A stretch of DNA of 64,000 nt from a virus. Taxonomy: Duplodnaviria > Caudoviricetes. Both the position numbers and the translations under genes were made by a program. Where the stretch lies: IMG/VR virus record IMGVR_UViG_3300021425_004041, positions 1-64,000 of that record, one strand, 5' to 3'. The number at the start of each line of letters is the position of its first letter. Positions within the stretch are counted from its first letter, which is position 1. This document shows positions 18,585-33,500 of this stretch, one piece after another. Under the pieces are notes generated by a model, which was not told the origin of the DNA, did no database searches, and saw only the letters and a program-made list of their open reading frames with translations.

Positions 18585-21500
18585 ATGGCTTTTACAAATG
18601 ATCAAACAGAACCAAGTCTTCCTGCAGATAGTTCTCAACCAAGGAAGTCGGTAAATCATTTACCAAAATATTTTAGGACAGAATACAATCAAAAATTTCT
18701 ATCTACAACATTAGATCAAATGATTCAGCCAGGTAAAGTTGAGCAACTTAATGGTTTTTATGGTAGAAGAACAGCAAGAGCTTTTGATTATAACAAAGAT
18801 ATATATGTAAAAGATATAACACAAGAAAGGCAAGATTATCAATTAGAACCAGTTATTGTTCAAAAAGATGAATTAAATAATCTGAACTATTATGCAGATT
18901 ATGTAGATTTTATAAATTCATTGAAAATTAAGAATGGATCAGTAGTTGATCATAATGTAATTAATGGCCAAGAATATTATGCATGGAATCCGCATATAGA
19001 CTGGGATAAATTTGTAAATTTTAGAAATTATTATTGGTTACCTAACGGACCAGTTACCTTAACAGTTGCAGGGCAAGAAAAAGAAGTTGAAAGCGAATAT
19101 ACTATTAGATTACAAGATAATGCAGATAATTTTACATATATTTTTACACCAGATGGGTTAACGAATAATCCTACTATTACTCTTTATAGAGGACAAACTT
19201 ATGTGTTTGATATCGATACTACTAATTATCCAATAGCATTTGTTACAAGGAAAACCTTTACACCAGGAAAAGAATATAATGAACCTACAGAGAATACATC
19301 ATTAATCTACACAAATGGTTTAGTAAAAAAAGATGAAAATGGATTGATTACAGATGAACCTTTTTTATCAAAAGGTATAATTGAGTTTACTATTCCAGAC
19401 AATGCTCCTGATGTTTTATATTACATATCAAAAGATGATCCTAATTTATCAGGCACAATAAAAATTTATGATATTATAGAAAATACAGCGATAAATGTTG
19501 AAAAAGAAGTAATTGGTAAAAAAAATTATAAAACAAGTTCGGGTTGGAAGTTTTCTAATGGTATGAAAGTTGAATTTGCTGGTAATGTTTTTCCAGCAAT
19601 ATATGGCGAAGGAGAATGGTATGTAGAAGGAGTTGGAACTGCAATTAAATTAATTAATACAAAAGATTTAGAATTAAATTCATTATTTGTAGAGGACATT
19701 GAAGTAGAATTTGATAATAAAGGTTTTGATGACATGCCTTTTGACGAAGCTCTAGGTTATCCTGTAAAAAAAGATTATATTGTAATTAATAAAGCAAGTA
19801 ATGATGGAAACTTATGGAGCAAATATAATCGTTGGTTTCATATAGATGTTATAGAAAAATCGTTAGAAATAAATCAGCAAATTCCTAGTGTAGATCAATC
19901 TTTAAGAGCAAATAGACCTATAATTGAATTTGAACCAAATATTAAATTATATCAATTTGGAACACAAACAAAGCAAAATGTAAATTTGGTTGACACAATT
20001 ACTAAAGATGTTTTTTCTACAATTGAAGGTAGTATAGGTTATAATATAGATGGTATTGATTTGACAGAAGGTATGAGAATTTTGTTTTTAAATGATAATG
20101 ACATATTTGTTAAAAATAAAATTTTTAAAGTTTTTTTTGTAAACATTAAGAATAATATTCAAATAACATTAAAGGAAGAAACAGATGCAGTACCTTTATT
20201 AAATGAAAATGTTTTAATAACCCAGGGTAATCAAAATAAAGGAAAATACTTTTACTACGATGGCGAAACATGGCACAAAGGTCAAGAAAAGTATAGTTTA
20301 AATCAATCTCCTCTTTTTGATATGTATGATGAAGAGGATGTTTGGTTAAAAGATCTGTTAAAGTATCAATATAGTCAATTTATTGGAAATAGAATATTTT
20401 CGTATGCTGTAGGACAAGGTAATAATGATAGTGTATTAGGATTTCCATTAAAATATCAAAATATAGAGAATAGTGGAGATATTGTTTTTAATTTTGATTT
20501 GTTGAATAGTGAATTTTCGTATTATGATAATAATAGTGTGAAAATTTATAAAACAGATATTGCATTTTTAAGAAAGTACTATGATAAAGATAATTATGAA
20601 TTAATAAATGGATGGGAAAAGGCAAATACGTTTAGTCAGCAAGATGTAATTTTGCAGTTATTGTCTACTAATGATAATATGTATGCACTGGATATGTATG
20701 AGTCAATAGATTTAAATGATTTTAGGATAAAAGTATTTGTAGATAATAGATTGCAAGTAGAAAATGTGGATTACCAACTAATAACTAACGATAATAATGA
20801 TTATTTTCTCACATTTATAAAACAATTACCGCTAAACAGTAATATTGTTTTTAAAACAAGATCTAGTAAACCTAAGACTGCTAGCGGTTTTTATGAAATA
20901 CCGGCTAGTTTAGAAAAAAATCCTAGTAATGATAATTTGTATCAATTTACTTTAGGAGAAGTAAATGATCATGTAGGTTCTATTGTAGAAGAACTTACTA
21001 CTTTTACAGGAAATTTTCCAGGTATAGGAAATTTACGAGATTTAGGAAATTTATCAAGTTATGGTAAAAAATTTTTAAAGCATTCGGCATTATACAATTT
21101 GTATTCTTATCATATTTTAGATAAGCAAGCTAACGTTATGGATGCTATTAGTTTTGCTCAAAAAGAATACTCTAAATTTAAAAGATTATTTTTACAAACT
21201 ATTTCAACCATTGGGTTTCAAGGAGAAACGCAACAGACATTTGAAAAAGTTTTAGAAGAAATTGTAAAAGGCAAATCAAAAGATTTGCCTTATTATTTTA
21301 GTGATATGATTCCTTATACAGGTAAAAAAATAAATTCTAATTTGATTGTTGATGTAGATCAACAATTTTTTCCTTTAAGTTCAGATTTTAATTTAGATAC
21401 TCCTTCAAATAGAGCAGTTTTGGTTTACAAAAATGAAATTTTACTTTTGTACGGAGTTGATTATGATTTCTCTAATCCAGGATTTGTACGTGTATTTGGA

Positions 21501-24500
21501 AATAAAGAAGTAAATGATGTTATAGATGTTTATGAGTTTGAGAATACGTTTGGAAGCTTCGTTCCCCAAACTCCTACAAAACTTGGCTTATTTCCTAAAT
21601 ATGCTCCTCGAATTTATATAGATGACAGTGTTGTAAGTAAGCAGGCAGATAGCAGCAGTGGTCCATTTAAAATTTATGGATATACTAAAAAGGAAGGATT
21701 AGGCTGGTATCATCCAATTTTTACGGATTATGCAGCAGCTAAAGAATATGACAAAAATAATAGCGGAAATGGGGAAGTATCTTTAGTAAAATTTGATGAT
21801 GTTCCTACAGTTTTTTACATGCCTATGTCAAGTAAAATAATTAGTATGAATGATACTGAAAAATTTGAATCATGGCACCAAGACACAGTTATTATTCAAG
21901 GCCATGATGGTAGTAAAATTTTAGCCTTTAAAGATTATAGAGATACTTTAATTTTAGAATTAGAAACACGAATTTATAATAATATTAAAGTAAATTACGA
22001 TAGTGACTTGTTTGATCTACATAAAATTTTACCAAGTTTTTACAGGAAAAACTTGATAAAAAAAGAAAATTTATATAATGCAATGTTAAATGATTTTGTA
22101 AATTGGACAAAATTAATTAATATAGAATATTCCCCGCACTTATATTTTGATTTAACTAATCCTTATACATATAATTATGCAAGCTCTTTTCTTGAAAATG
22201 GACAACGAAGTCCAGGTTGGTGGAGAGCTATTTATGAATATGTTTATGATACAGATAGGCCTCATACTCATCCCTGGGAAATGTTAGGATTCACAGGAAA
22301 ACCAGACTGGTGGGATGCCGAATACGGCGTTGGACCTTATACAAACAATAATTTACCTTTGTGGCAAGATTTAGAAAATGGAATTATTAGAAAGCCTTTT
22401 TTTAAAATAGATGCAAGATTTTCTAGACCAGGATTAAGCAAAATTATTCCTGTAGATCAAAATGGTAAATTACTCAATCCTGCTTTTGCAAATGTTATTA
22501 AACAATATAACAGGCAAGAAATGCAAGAAAATTTTAAATTTGGAGACGGTGGTCCTGTTGAGACGGCTTGGAAAAGAACTAGTGAATATCCTTTTAGTTT
22601 GTTAAAAGCATCTATTTTGCTGCAACCTGCTTATGTTTTTTCAGGTAGTTTTGATAGGATACAACAAAAAAGAAATATTGCAGGACAAATAATTTATAAT
22701 GTAAGTAAAAATCATATACAGTTGTCTAGCTTACAGTTTCCAGATGAAGTATCAAATATGTTTGCAAGTGGGTTGATAAATTACATTGTAGAATATCAAA
22801 ATAAACATTTTCTAAATAGGTTTAATGAGTATGTTAATATTGTAAAAAATTTAAAAAATCAGTTAGGATTTAAAGTAGGCGGCTTTACTGATAAAAGTAA
22901 ATTTAAATTAATATTAGATAGTAGATCACCGCTTAATAAAGGTAATGTATTTGTTCCTGATGAAAATTATGATGTTTATTTGAATACAAGTTTTCCAATA
23001 AATGAATTTGTTTACAGTGGAGTAATGATTCAAAAAGAGTCTAATGGATTTGTTATTAAAGGATATGATGAAAATTTTTCTAAATTTCCTTATTATAAAC
23101 CTTATACAAAGAGTAGCAATGCAACATTCAATGTAGGAGGAATAAGCGAAACATTTGTTACATGGGATTCCGGAAAAACATATGCAAAAGACACTATAGT
23201 CAAGGTAGATACTGTATATTATAGAACAAAAATTACTCATGTAAGTGGAGATAATTTTGACACTTCAAAATTTGCAAAATTACCAAGGTTACCGATAATT
23301 GGCGGAGCTGTAGCAAAGTATAGACACATTTATGATGGTTTTTTAAGTTATTTAGAGTATGGAACTCTGTTAACAGGAGTACAAGATGTTGTTGATTTTT
23401 TGTTTGGTTATGGTCATTATTTAGAAACTGTAGGATTTAAATTTGAAAAATTTTTAGCAAATACTACAGAGATATCAGATTGGGTATATAGCATCAAGCA
23501 ATTTTTGTTTTGGACAACACAAAATTGGGGCGAAGGATCGATTATAACATTAAGTCCGGCTGCTGATGAAGTAAAGTTTCAAAATGATTATGCAGTTGTA
23601 GGCAATACCTTAGAATCATCTATAGGATTTAGTGTTCTTAAAGCTGACGGAACGGTAATTCCTAAAGAAAACTGTAAATTTTTTAGAGATACAGATAATA
23701 GTTTTTCAGTTAAGGTTGTAAATTATACTGGAGGTATTTATTTTATTAAAATTCCGTTAGTTACAAAAGAGCACATTGTTTTAATTGATAATACAACAAT
23801 TTTTAATGATATAATTTATGATCCTACTCCTGGCTATAGGCAAGAAAGGATAAAAGTAGCTGGCTATAGAACAGCAAATTGGAATGGATCTTTAAATATT
23901 CCTGGATTTTTTTATGACACAGCAACCGTCAAAAATTGGACTGTGTATACAGATTATAATGCAGGTGATGTTGTTAAATTTAAAGAATTTTATTATACTG
24001 CTAAACAAAAAATATTTGGAAGCGATAAATTTGAATTTAATAGGTGGAAAAGATTAGCTGAACCACCGCAAGCGAAATTATATTCTAATTTTGATTATAA
24101 AATAGAGCAATTTAAAGATTTTTATGATTTAGATAGCGATAATCTTGATACAAATCAACAAAAGATAGCACAACATTTAATAGGTTATCAGAAACGGAAA
24201 TATTTAGAAAATATTATTAATAGCGATGTTAGTCAATATAAATTTTATCAAGGCTACATACAGGAAAAAGGTACTAAAAATGCATTGACAAAATTATTTG
24301 ATGTTTTAGCAAGCTCTAGTAAAGATAGTTTAGAATTTTATGAAGAATGGGGTGTAAGAGTTGGACATTACGGTGGTACTGAAATTTTTGATGAATTTGA
24401 TTATATTCTAAAAGAGAATGATTTTAATTTAAAACCACAACCTGTTGTATTAACAAACACAACTTCTAAAAATATAGATTATATAAATCGCATAAAAAAG

Positions 24501-27500
24501 TATGAAACGTACAATTTTCCACCTAATTATGATCATAACCCATTTCCTGTGTTAGATAAAGAAAAAATTGATTACAAAACTTCGGGATATGTTTTTTCTG
24601 ATGATGTTCATCATGTTAAAATTGATTACTTAGATTTACTACAAGAAGACATAACTTTATATAATTTAAATGATATTATCTGGATAGGTAATACTATAAA
24701 AAATGATTGGTCTGTTTATCAAGTTTCAAAGTATAAAAGAAGTATTGTGCAAGTAATTGAAGGTGAGGTTTATACAGAACTACATCTAGATGGTATGGCG
24801 GATGATTTAAATGTTGATGATATTATAGGAATATACGAAATCAACAGCATAGAATTAGGAATTTCAACAGTTTTTGAAACAAGTAAATTAACAGGTTTTT
24901 TTGTAATAAAACAAATAGATAAATCTGTAATCTCAATTGATGTACCTGTTGAATTAAAAAGTGCTATAAATTACGATAAGTTACAAATATGCAAAGGTAT
25001 AATTGTAAATTTACAATCTCTCAGGGTAAATGCTTTAGACTCTGCAGCTTCGTTTAGTATAAAAAATCCTCAGCTTACTCGTTTGTGGTTAGATGACGAT
25101 GGGCAAGGAAATTGGAAGGTTTTAGAAAAGGGTAGCAACTTTGTGGAGAAACATGTTATTTCTAATCCAATTATTGATTTTAACACAAACTTTGGTGTTT
25201 CTGTAGCTACAAATAGTAAAAACACTGTAATGATTGTAGGAGCACCTAACGATGGTGATGGAAAAGTTTATTTGTATAAACGAGATAGTTATGCAAGTAA
25301 ATGGAAATTTTTAGACGTATTTGAGCCTGATGCTCCTACTAAAGAAGAAGTGATTGTATTACCAATAAATGGGCAGACTATCTTCGAGATAGAAACAAAT
25401 TTAGTACAACATATTAAACAAATATATGTAAATTCATTAAAAGTAAATAGCACCGAGTATACATTAAATTTAAATGCAAATCAAGTTGTGTTTGCTAATG
25501 TAATACCAAAAGATACTCAAGTTATTTTTGATTTTAATTCTCATACAATTCCTTATCGATTTGGATCAAGCATAGACATTGCAGAAGATGGAAATTTTTT
25601 AATTATCGGAGCACCTGATGCATCAAATGTTCTAACAAGGTATGAAGGAGATTTTGATAATTATACTGCTTACAATGCTGGATCAATTGTAAAATACAAT
25701 GGTTTATATTGGGAAGCCAGCGTTGACATTTCTCCAGGTACTAGTGCATATACTTTCGAAAGTTTTTTTAGTGTAAGTAATTTCTTAGCAGAAAATAATT
25801 TAGATACAGAAAATAGTCCTACGATTAGTATTTTGCTGACTGGAAATTATCCTTTCACTTATCAACAAGGAGAAGATCCTATAATTACAGATCATTTTTT
25901 AGTAAGATTAAAACAAGAAATGTATGACGGAATTGCAAAAAATGATGAAATTATTTTGAAATGGAATAAGTTAACTAATGCAAATCAAACACAAATAGAT
26001 CTTACTGCTACAGAACCTTTTGAAGGTAACCTAACATTTGTAAATGATGATACACTATTATGGAGTGATGTTATATCAAGAAGACACACTGTCCAAGAAA
26101 AAGTTGATCTTATTGTACAAATTGATAATGCATTGTTTACTCCTCAAGTAGGAGATACAGTAACATCGACAACAGGTATAGGAACAATAGTTTACATATA
26201 TAGAGAAACTCCTACTAGTAATAATTTTTTAATTTATATTAATGATGTTAGGGGATATTTTGAAACACTAAGTTATTTAGAAATTGATACAATTCTTTTA
26301 GGCGACTATCAAACTGTCACTCCTGCAGATAGCATGGACAGTTATTTTGGCGGTTATGCAATGATTTCCGTTGATGAATACTACTTATATCTTACTAATA
26401 GCGATGCGGCAAAAGGTCTCGTAATAACTGAAACAATCACTGACAGCAGTGATAGTGATCTTTATTTTTATAATATATTAGATTATCCTAACAATAGTTT
26501 AATTACAATCTTGAGTTACAAAGGAACTGAGATTATAGGCTCAGGAACGTATGCTGATATAGATTCAGAATTACGTTATATTGGTATTAGAGCACCTCAA
26601 GAATTAAGTAATACACTAAATGTAGGCGACGGTTTTTCTTTTTATTATAATCAGCTTAAAAAAACAGTTACTTTCCTAAAGGTTAGAAATACAAGATTTA
26701 CGTTTCCTCCTGTTGTTGAAAAAGGAGAAATTATCACACAAAAAAATACTAAAGCTTATGCAACGGTTTTCAGCTCTGAAGTATTAGAAGATCCAGATAG
26801 TGTCATTGCAGGGTCTTTTATTTTACAAGTACAATTTTTAAGTCAAAACGAAAATGGACCAGTATTCGATTTTATAAATGAACTAGTAGGAAGTGTAAGT
26901 GGAGAATTATTTTGTCGACCAATTGCTAATCCAGTCGAAGACATATATACTTCTATTCAAGAAATTGGAATACAAGAACCCGATCAATTGAATGTTAATG
27001 ATAATAGTAAAATTGTTTGGAATATATGGGATGGTTTTATTGATTATAACGAAAATAGATTTAGCGAAGAAGGATTACCTTATCAGCCTTATCCAAAATA
27101 TTATGAAGACGGAACTGGATTTTTCCTAACAGATGCAGGACGTTCGGGGCAAATAATAAGAGAAAAAGGAACAACAAATACAGCAGAAGTAGTTTATCTA
27201 CAGAGATTAAATCCTACAACTGTTAGAGTATTTGTCGATAATTTACAAGGAGAATGGGGAACCGGTACCCAGATTGAAATGCTTGCTATTACAATTAATC
27301 CACCAACTGATCCTTGGAATAGACCTAATATATATTCAGTTAATAGAGAAATAGGAACTTTAATATCTCAATCTCTTTCTTCTAATGAAATAGGTAAATT
27401 AGTAATACTAGAAAATTCTTACAATATTTCTGTTGCTTTTGATAGTTCTGGGTTGCCTTTTAGAGAATTAAAAGATCAAGAATATTGGATATATAAAAAT

Positions 27501-30500
27501 GAGACAGTTGATGGAATAGATCAATTACCGGAAATACCAAACAATCTTAGTAGAGTATGGAATGAAACATATAACATTCCTATAGATAATGCAAATGGGA
27601 CTCCTAGTGTATTGGCCAAAGAAGGAGCAGTTTATGTGTATGCCAAAGTTGGTGTACAGTATTTGTTACAAAACACGTCTACATCTATTAACAAAAAAAA
27701 TAATCACAGGTACGGATCTAAAGTACAATTAACAAAAAGCAATGATTTTTATACAGGCTACATACTTGCTTTAGATGGGGATTTTGATTTTGATAATCCT
27801 GGTAAAATTTATTTTATAGGTTATGGAGAGTATGACGGTAGAACATACAATTGGGACTCTACAAAAAATAAAAATTATAGAGGTGAGTTTAATGAATTGT
27901 TGACTTATTTTAAAGGTGATATAGTTTATGTAGATAAAATATTTTACGAAGCAAAAACAAATTTACTTCCTAATCTATTTAATGTTGTTTTTTGGACTCC
28001 AATAGAAGAATTAATTGATTTTGTAGGTTACATTCCTAATGATCTAAATTTGCCTGTTACCTTTGATGGAGTAGATATTAGCACAATTCCAATGACTGGT
28101 ATATATGATTATGCAACGAATTTTGCTGTTAGCAAAGACGGAGAAGTATTAGCTGTTTTTGTCAAATATGATATAGCAAATCCAAACGTTGTTGCAATAT
28201 ATAGAAGATATGAAAATACATTTACATGGAGCCAAAATATTAATGCACAAACTCCTGCATCAGCTTTTGGGGAAAGTTTAGAATTAAACGAAGACGGAAC
28301 TTTATTGTTTATTGGTGCTCCTAAAGATGATTCATTTAATAATGACGGTGGAGTTGTTTACATTTATAAATTAGATAATTTAGCATTTAATCTTTATCAA
28401 ATTATAAATAGCCCTTATTCCCATACTCTTGAAATGTTTGGTCATAATGTTAAAGTGTCTAATAATATTCTAGCAGTGACTTCTTTAAATGGAGACAGGG
28501 TAAAAGAAACAACATTTGATGATAACAGTACTATTTTCGATAATAATTTTACAAAAATATCTTACACTGTTGTTGACACAGGTGTGATTCATTTTTATTC
28601 ATACATTTTAGATAAATTTGTGTATAGTCATAATATATCGTATGAAGATGGGTTTAATAAAATATATCAAATAGGAGATAGTTTTATTTTGAATAATAAC
28701 TCTTTATTTTTAGGGGTTAATGATTCATTGTCCGGGCAGTCCATTGGTAATGTGATCCAATTTGATAAAGGAATCGATAATTTATATAATGTTCTTAGGG
28801 AAATAAAATCTCCTGTAGATGTTAGTAAAATTAAGAAGATTACACTATATGATAAGAGAAAAAATAAAGTAATAACAAATTTAGATTTTATAGATCCTTT
28901 ACAAAATAAAATTCCTGGTCCTGCAGAACAAAATATTACGTATAAACTTTTGTATGACCCTGCAGTTTATAATGTAGGAAATATCAATATAGACCAAACA
29001 ATGGCTTGGAATAAAGATCAAGTTGGACAGTTGTGGTGGGATTTAACAAATGTAAAATATTATTATCCATATTTAGGAGATGTTGAATTTTCATCAAATT
29101 ATTGGGCAAAGCTTTTTCCTACTCATACAATAGATATTTACGAATGGGTTCAATCAGATGTGTTGCCTGAGGTTTGGGATGAGTTAACAGGAACTGTTGA
29201 TGGTATAGCTGTTGGTATTACTGGAACAACAAAATATGGTAATAGTTCATATTCTACAGCAAGGGTTTATGATACTGTCGTTGGTACTTTTTTTAATCAA
29301 TACTTTTTTTGGGTAAAAAATAAAACATCTATACCGCAGCTAGATAATAGAAGTTTAAGTGCAGCACAAGTCTCCAATCTTATAAGAGATCCAATTGGAC
29401 AAGACTATTCCTTCATTGGTTTTATTAGTGAGAATGAATTTGCTTGTTATAATTTAGAAAAATATCTAAATGATGATAATGTAATAATTAGTTTCCAAGT
29501 TTACAACGAAGCCAAGATAAAAGATATAAACCAGCATTTACAGTATAAATTAATTACTGAAAACTATGCATCAAGTTTGCCTAATGAACAGATAGAGCAA
29601 AAATGGATTGATAGTTTAGTCGGTTATGATCTATATGGTAGATCTGTTCCAGATCCTTCAGTAAGTGTAAAATATAGATATGGGGTTTTAGATAATCCAA
29701 GGCAAGGAATGTTCAAAAATAGACAAGAAGCATTAAAACAATATATTGAATATATTAATTTAAAATTAAAGTCTATTTTGATAAAAGATAATAAAAATTT
29801 ATCAAATTTATATTCTGCTGATGAATATCCGACAGAAACCAGTAATTTTTATGATATTGCAGTAGATTTGCGTAGTGATTTAGATACCATAGGTATAGCT
29901 AAGGCTGAGCAAGCTGAAATATCTTTAAAAATTGTTAACGGGATTGTAATAGATTTTACTATTCTACAGTCTGGTAGAGGGTATTTAGTAAAACCTACTT
30001 ACGTAGTTATTGGTAAAGGTGAAGGATTAGAAATTGATTATGATTTAAATTCTTTAGGAGGGATTACAAATTTTAGAATTATTAATGGAGGTGTAAATTA
30101 TAATGATAGTGCATATATAATAATCAGGAAATTCACTGCATTAGTAAAAACTGATGAATCTATATTAGGTAAATGGGCGCTTTATGAAAGAAATTATAAA
30201 GATAAAGATTGGATTAGGATACAGAGTCAAGGATATAACACTTCTTTATATTGGAATTTTATAGATTGGTATGCTGCCGATTTCAGTGCTAATACAAGGA
30301 TAAATTACGCAATAGATTATGCATATGAATTGACTTCTTTGACAGATAATATTAATGATATAATAAAAATTTCAAATATTGGTGATGGAACTTGGTTATT
30401 ACTTCGTAAGATTAATAATTTAGATGATGTTGATTACACTGTTAATTATGAAACAATAGGTAGACAAAACGGAACAATACAGTTTTCTAATATATTGTAT

Positions 30501-33500
30501 GATCCTAATGTTGCATTTATTAATTTTGATTTAATCAGTTATGATACTAATTTTTATGATAGTATACCAAGTTTAGAAATTAGAGAAATTGCTAAAGCAA
30601 TTAAGAATGATATTTTTATAGATGACTTAGCAATAGAATATAATAAATTATTTTTTGCAACATTGAGATACGTGTTAAGTGAACAACCTCAGGTTGATTG
30701 GTTATTTAAAAGCAATTTTTTAAAAATTGTACATAATGTAGGTGAGTTGAAACAAGAAATAAATTTTAAAAATGATAATTTAGAAAGTTATGAAGACTAT
30801 GTAAACGAAGTTAAGCCTTACAAAGTAAAAATTAGAGAATTTATAAGTTCATATGAAAAGGTAGATGATATATTTGGAAAAATAGAAGATTTTGATTTAC
30901 CTCCGAAGTATAGTACTGTAGAAAACAAAATAGTTCCTTGGCCAATTACTGCTTTTTCAGATGGATTGTATAATGAAGAAATTATAAAATCAAATCCATA
31001 TAAAAGTTGGTTAGATAATTGCACTTATGAAGTAGTTGCTATAGAAATACACGATGGAGGTTCCGGATACAGTATTCCTCCTGTATTAAGGTTTGAAGGA
31101 GGAGGCGGCAATGGATGTATCGCAAAAGCTAGAATTGGAGATAATGGATCTTTGGTAATGGTTGATATAATTAATAGCGGATCTGGTTATTTTTCAGCTC
31201 CTAAATTAATTATAGACGGATCTATAGGAGAAACAGGTCGTCATGCTAGAGCAAGTGTAATTTTAGGTAATGGATTACCTAGATCAATCTTTACTAATAT
31301 CAAATTTGATAGAAACTCAAAAAAGTTTGAAATTTTAGCCTTAGAAACTTCAGAAAATTTTATAGGAACAGGATCAAAATATATTTTTGATTTATTATGG
31401 CCGTTATCACTAAACAGTAAAAATATTTCGGTTATTGTTAATGGGAACAAATTGTTAAGAAATGAGTACACATATCGAAATATATTAGATAAATCAAAAA
31501 GTTCTAATTATTTTGGACAAATTATTTTTACATATCCAGTAGCAAATTATAGTAATATCCAAATTAATTATTTAAAAGACTCAAGTTTGCTCAAAGCACA
31601 AGATAGAATAAACCTTTTGTATACTGCTTCTCAAGGACAGTACGGTAATGATTTAGCGTTACTTATGGATGGTGTAGATTACGGAGGAGTAGAGGTAAAA
31701 AGTTTTGAATTTGGAACATATAGCGGGTGGGATACTAGTGGTTATTTAGCAAATACATATGATACTTATGATGAGAATTACAATGATACATTTTATCGTA
31801 TTCCTGTACATTTGTTAGATATAGATGTGATAGATTATAAAGTTCATGTCAATTTTATCAACATTGCAAATGCAGTAAACGCAATAGTTAAGGGAGATAG
31901 CACAGCAATTTTAAAATATCAAAGATTTATAGAAATTTTTAGTGTAGATCAATTAGGTAATGCACTTGATAATTATTTAGACGGTAGTAGTATCTTAAAT
32001 ATTTTAGACGAATTAGTAGAAGTAATAGACGAAGATGGAAATATTAATTTAGTTTCCGCATTGACTTTCAAAAGTGCAGATCAATTCCAAAAATATGCAA
32101 TAGGAACAGCAGATAATCTTACAGCAATAACTAATATAGAATTGCAAATTATACCTAAATTAGTGACATTATCGTTAGTTGATGTAAATCAATTGTTGGT
32201 GGAAGGTATTTTGGAAGATTTAATTGTTAAATTTGTAAAACCGTTAGAAAATAATATTTCGTATAATGTTTACTATAACAATGTAAGAATAGATGATCCT
32301 AATTACATTGATGATCTTACACCTGTTGGTAATCCTAATGCTACAATGACAACTATTATTGGAGATGGAATAACACAATCTGTTAATGTTAAAAATTTAA
32401 ATATATCTCCTAATACAGATGACATTATTATTATTAGGAGCGCATATAGTGATGGTAGTTTTTTACCTACTGATTTAGATTATGATACTTTATTATTAGG
32501 CGGAAATATTGATTATAGTAATGCTAAAGGTATTGATGCTGCAGATATTATTGTTGACGGAGATAATTTTGTTACACCATTAAATTCAAAAGGTCCTGAA
32601 GAGCTAGTGCCAGGATTAATTAAAGATTCGGTTAGCATAACAGTATATGAAAGACCTACAGCAGGTACAAGTAACATTGTAAGTAGAAACTATATTGGAG
32701 ATGGGAACACAACACTGTTTTCTATAGATTTTAGCCCAATAACTGAGTTCACTGTTTTTGTAAAAGTTAATAGAGAACTTAAAAAAGTAAATGAAGATTA
32801 TACAGTTGATTTTAGGAATCAAAACATATTATTTATAACTGCACCTCCTGCATATTCTAAAATTAATATTACAACTTTAGATTATAGTGGTTCTAATATT
32901 TTAGACGTTGATACAATTACAATAGAGGAAAGCTTAGGAACATTTATTGTAAATGCAAGATGGGAAGAAAATCTAAGTAGTCAAGTATCTGTTAACGGAC
33001 AATCTTTACCATATGAGCTTGTGAAAGCAGATACAGAATTTTATGATAGCTCAAATAATATTTTAATTAAATTTGCAAATCCTTTACCGGTGGGTTCAGT
33101 CTTGCAATATTTGATTTTATCAGGAGAAGAACAAAGCTACAGTACAGTTTATGTAGATGAATTTATTGCAGATGGAAGTACAAATACTTTTACGTTAGCA
33201 CAAGCTCCTTTTAGGCAAAGACCATTAGAATGGCATACAATGGTAATTGTTAATGATAAATTGCTAAATCCTGGTTATGCTGAAACTTTTATCACTACAG
33301 ATAGTTTAGAGTATAAATTAAAATTGTATCAAGTTCCAGTTGCTTCAGTAAGTTCTAAGAATATCAGAGTCTTTTTAAATGGTAGCGAGCTAGAGTTATT
33401 AACACAATGGACATTTTTAGCAGCTGATTCATATGATCTTTTATTAGATGCTGACGAACAATTTGGTAGTACTGTTATAATCAAAAGAGGAGTAAGTCAA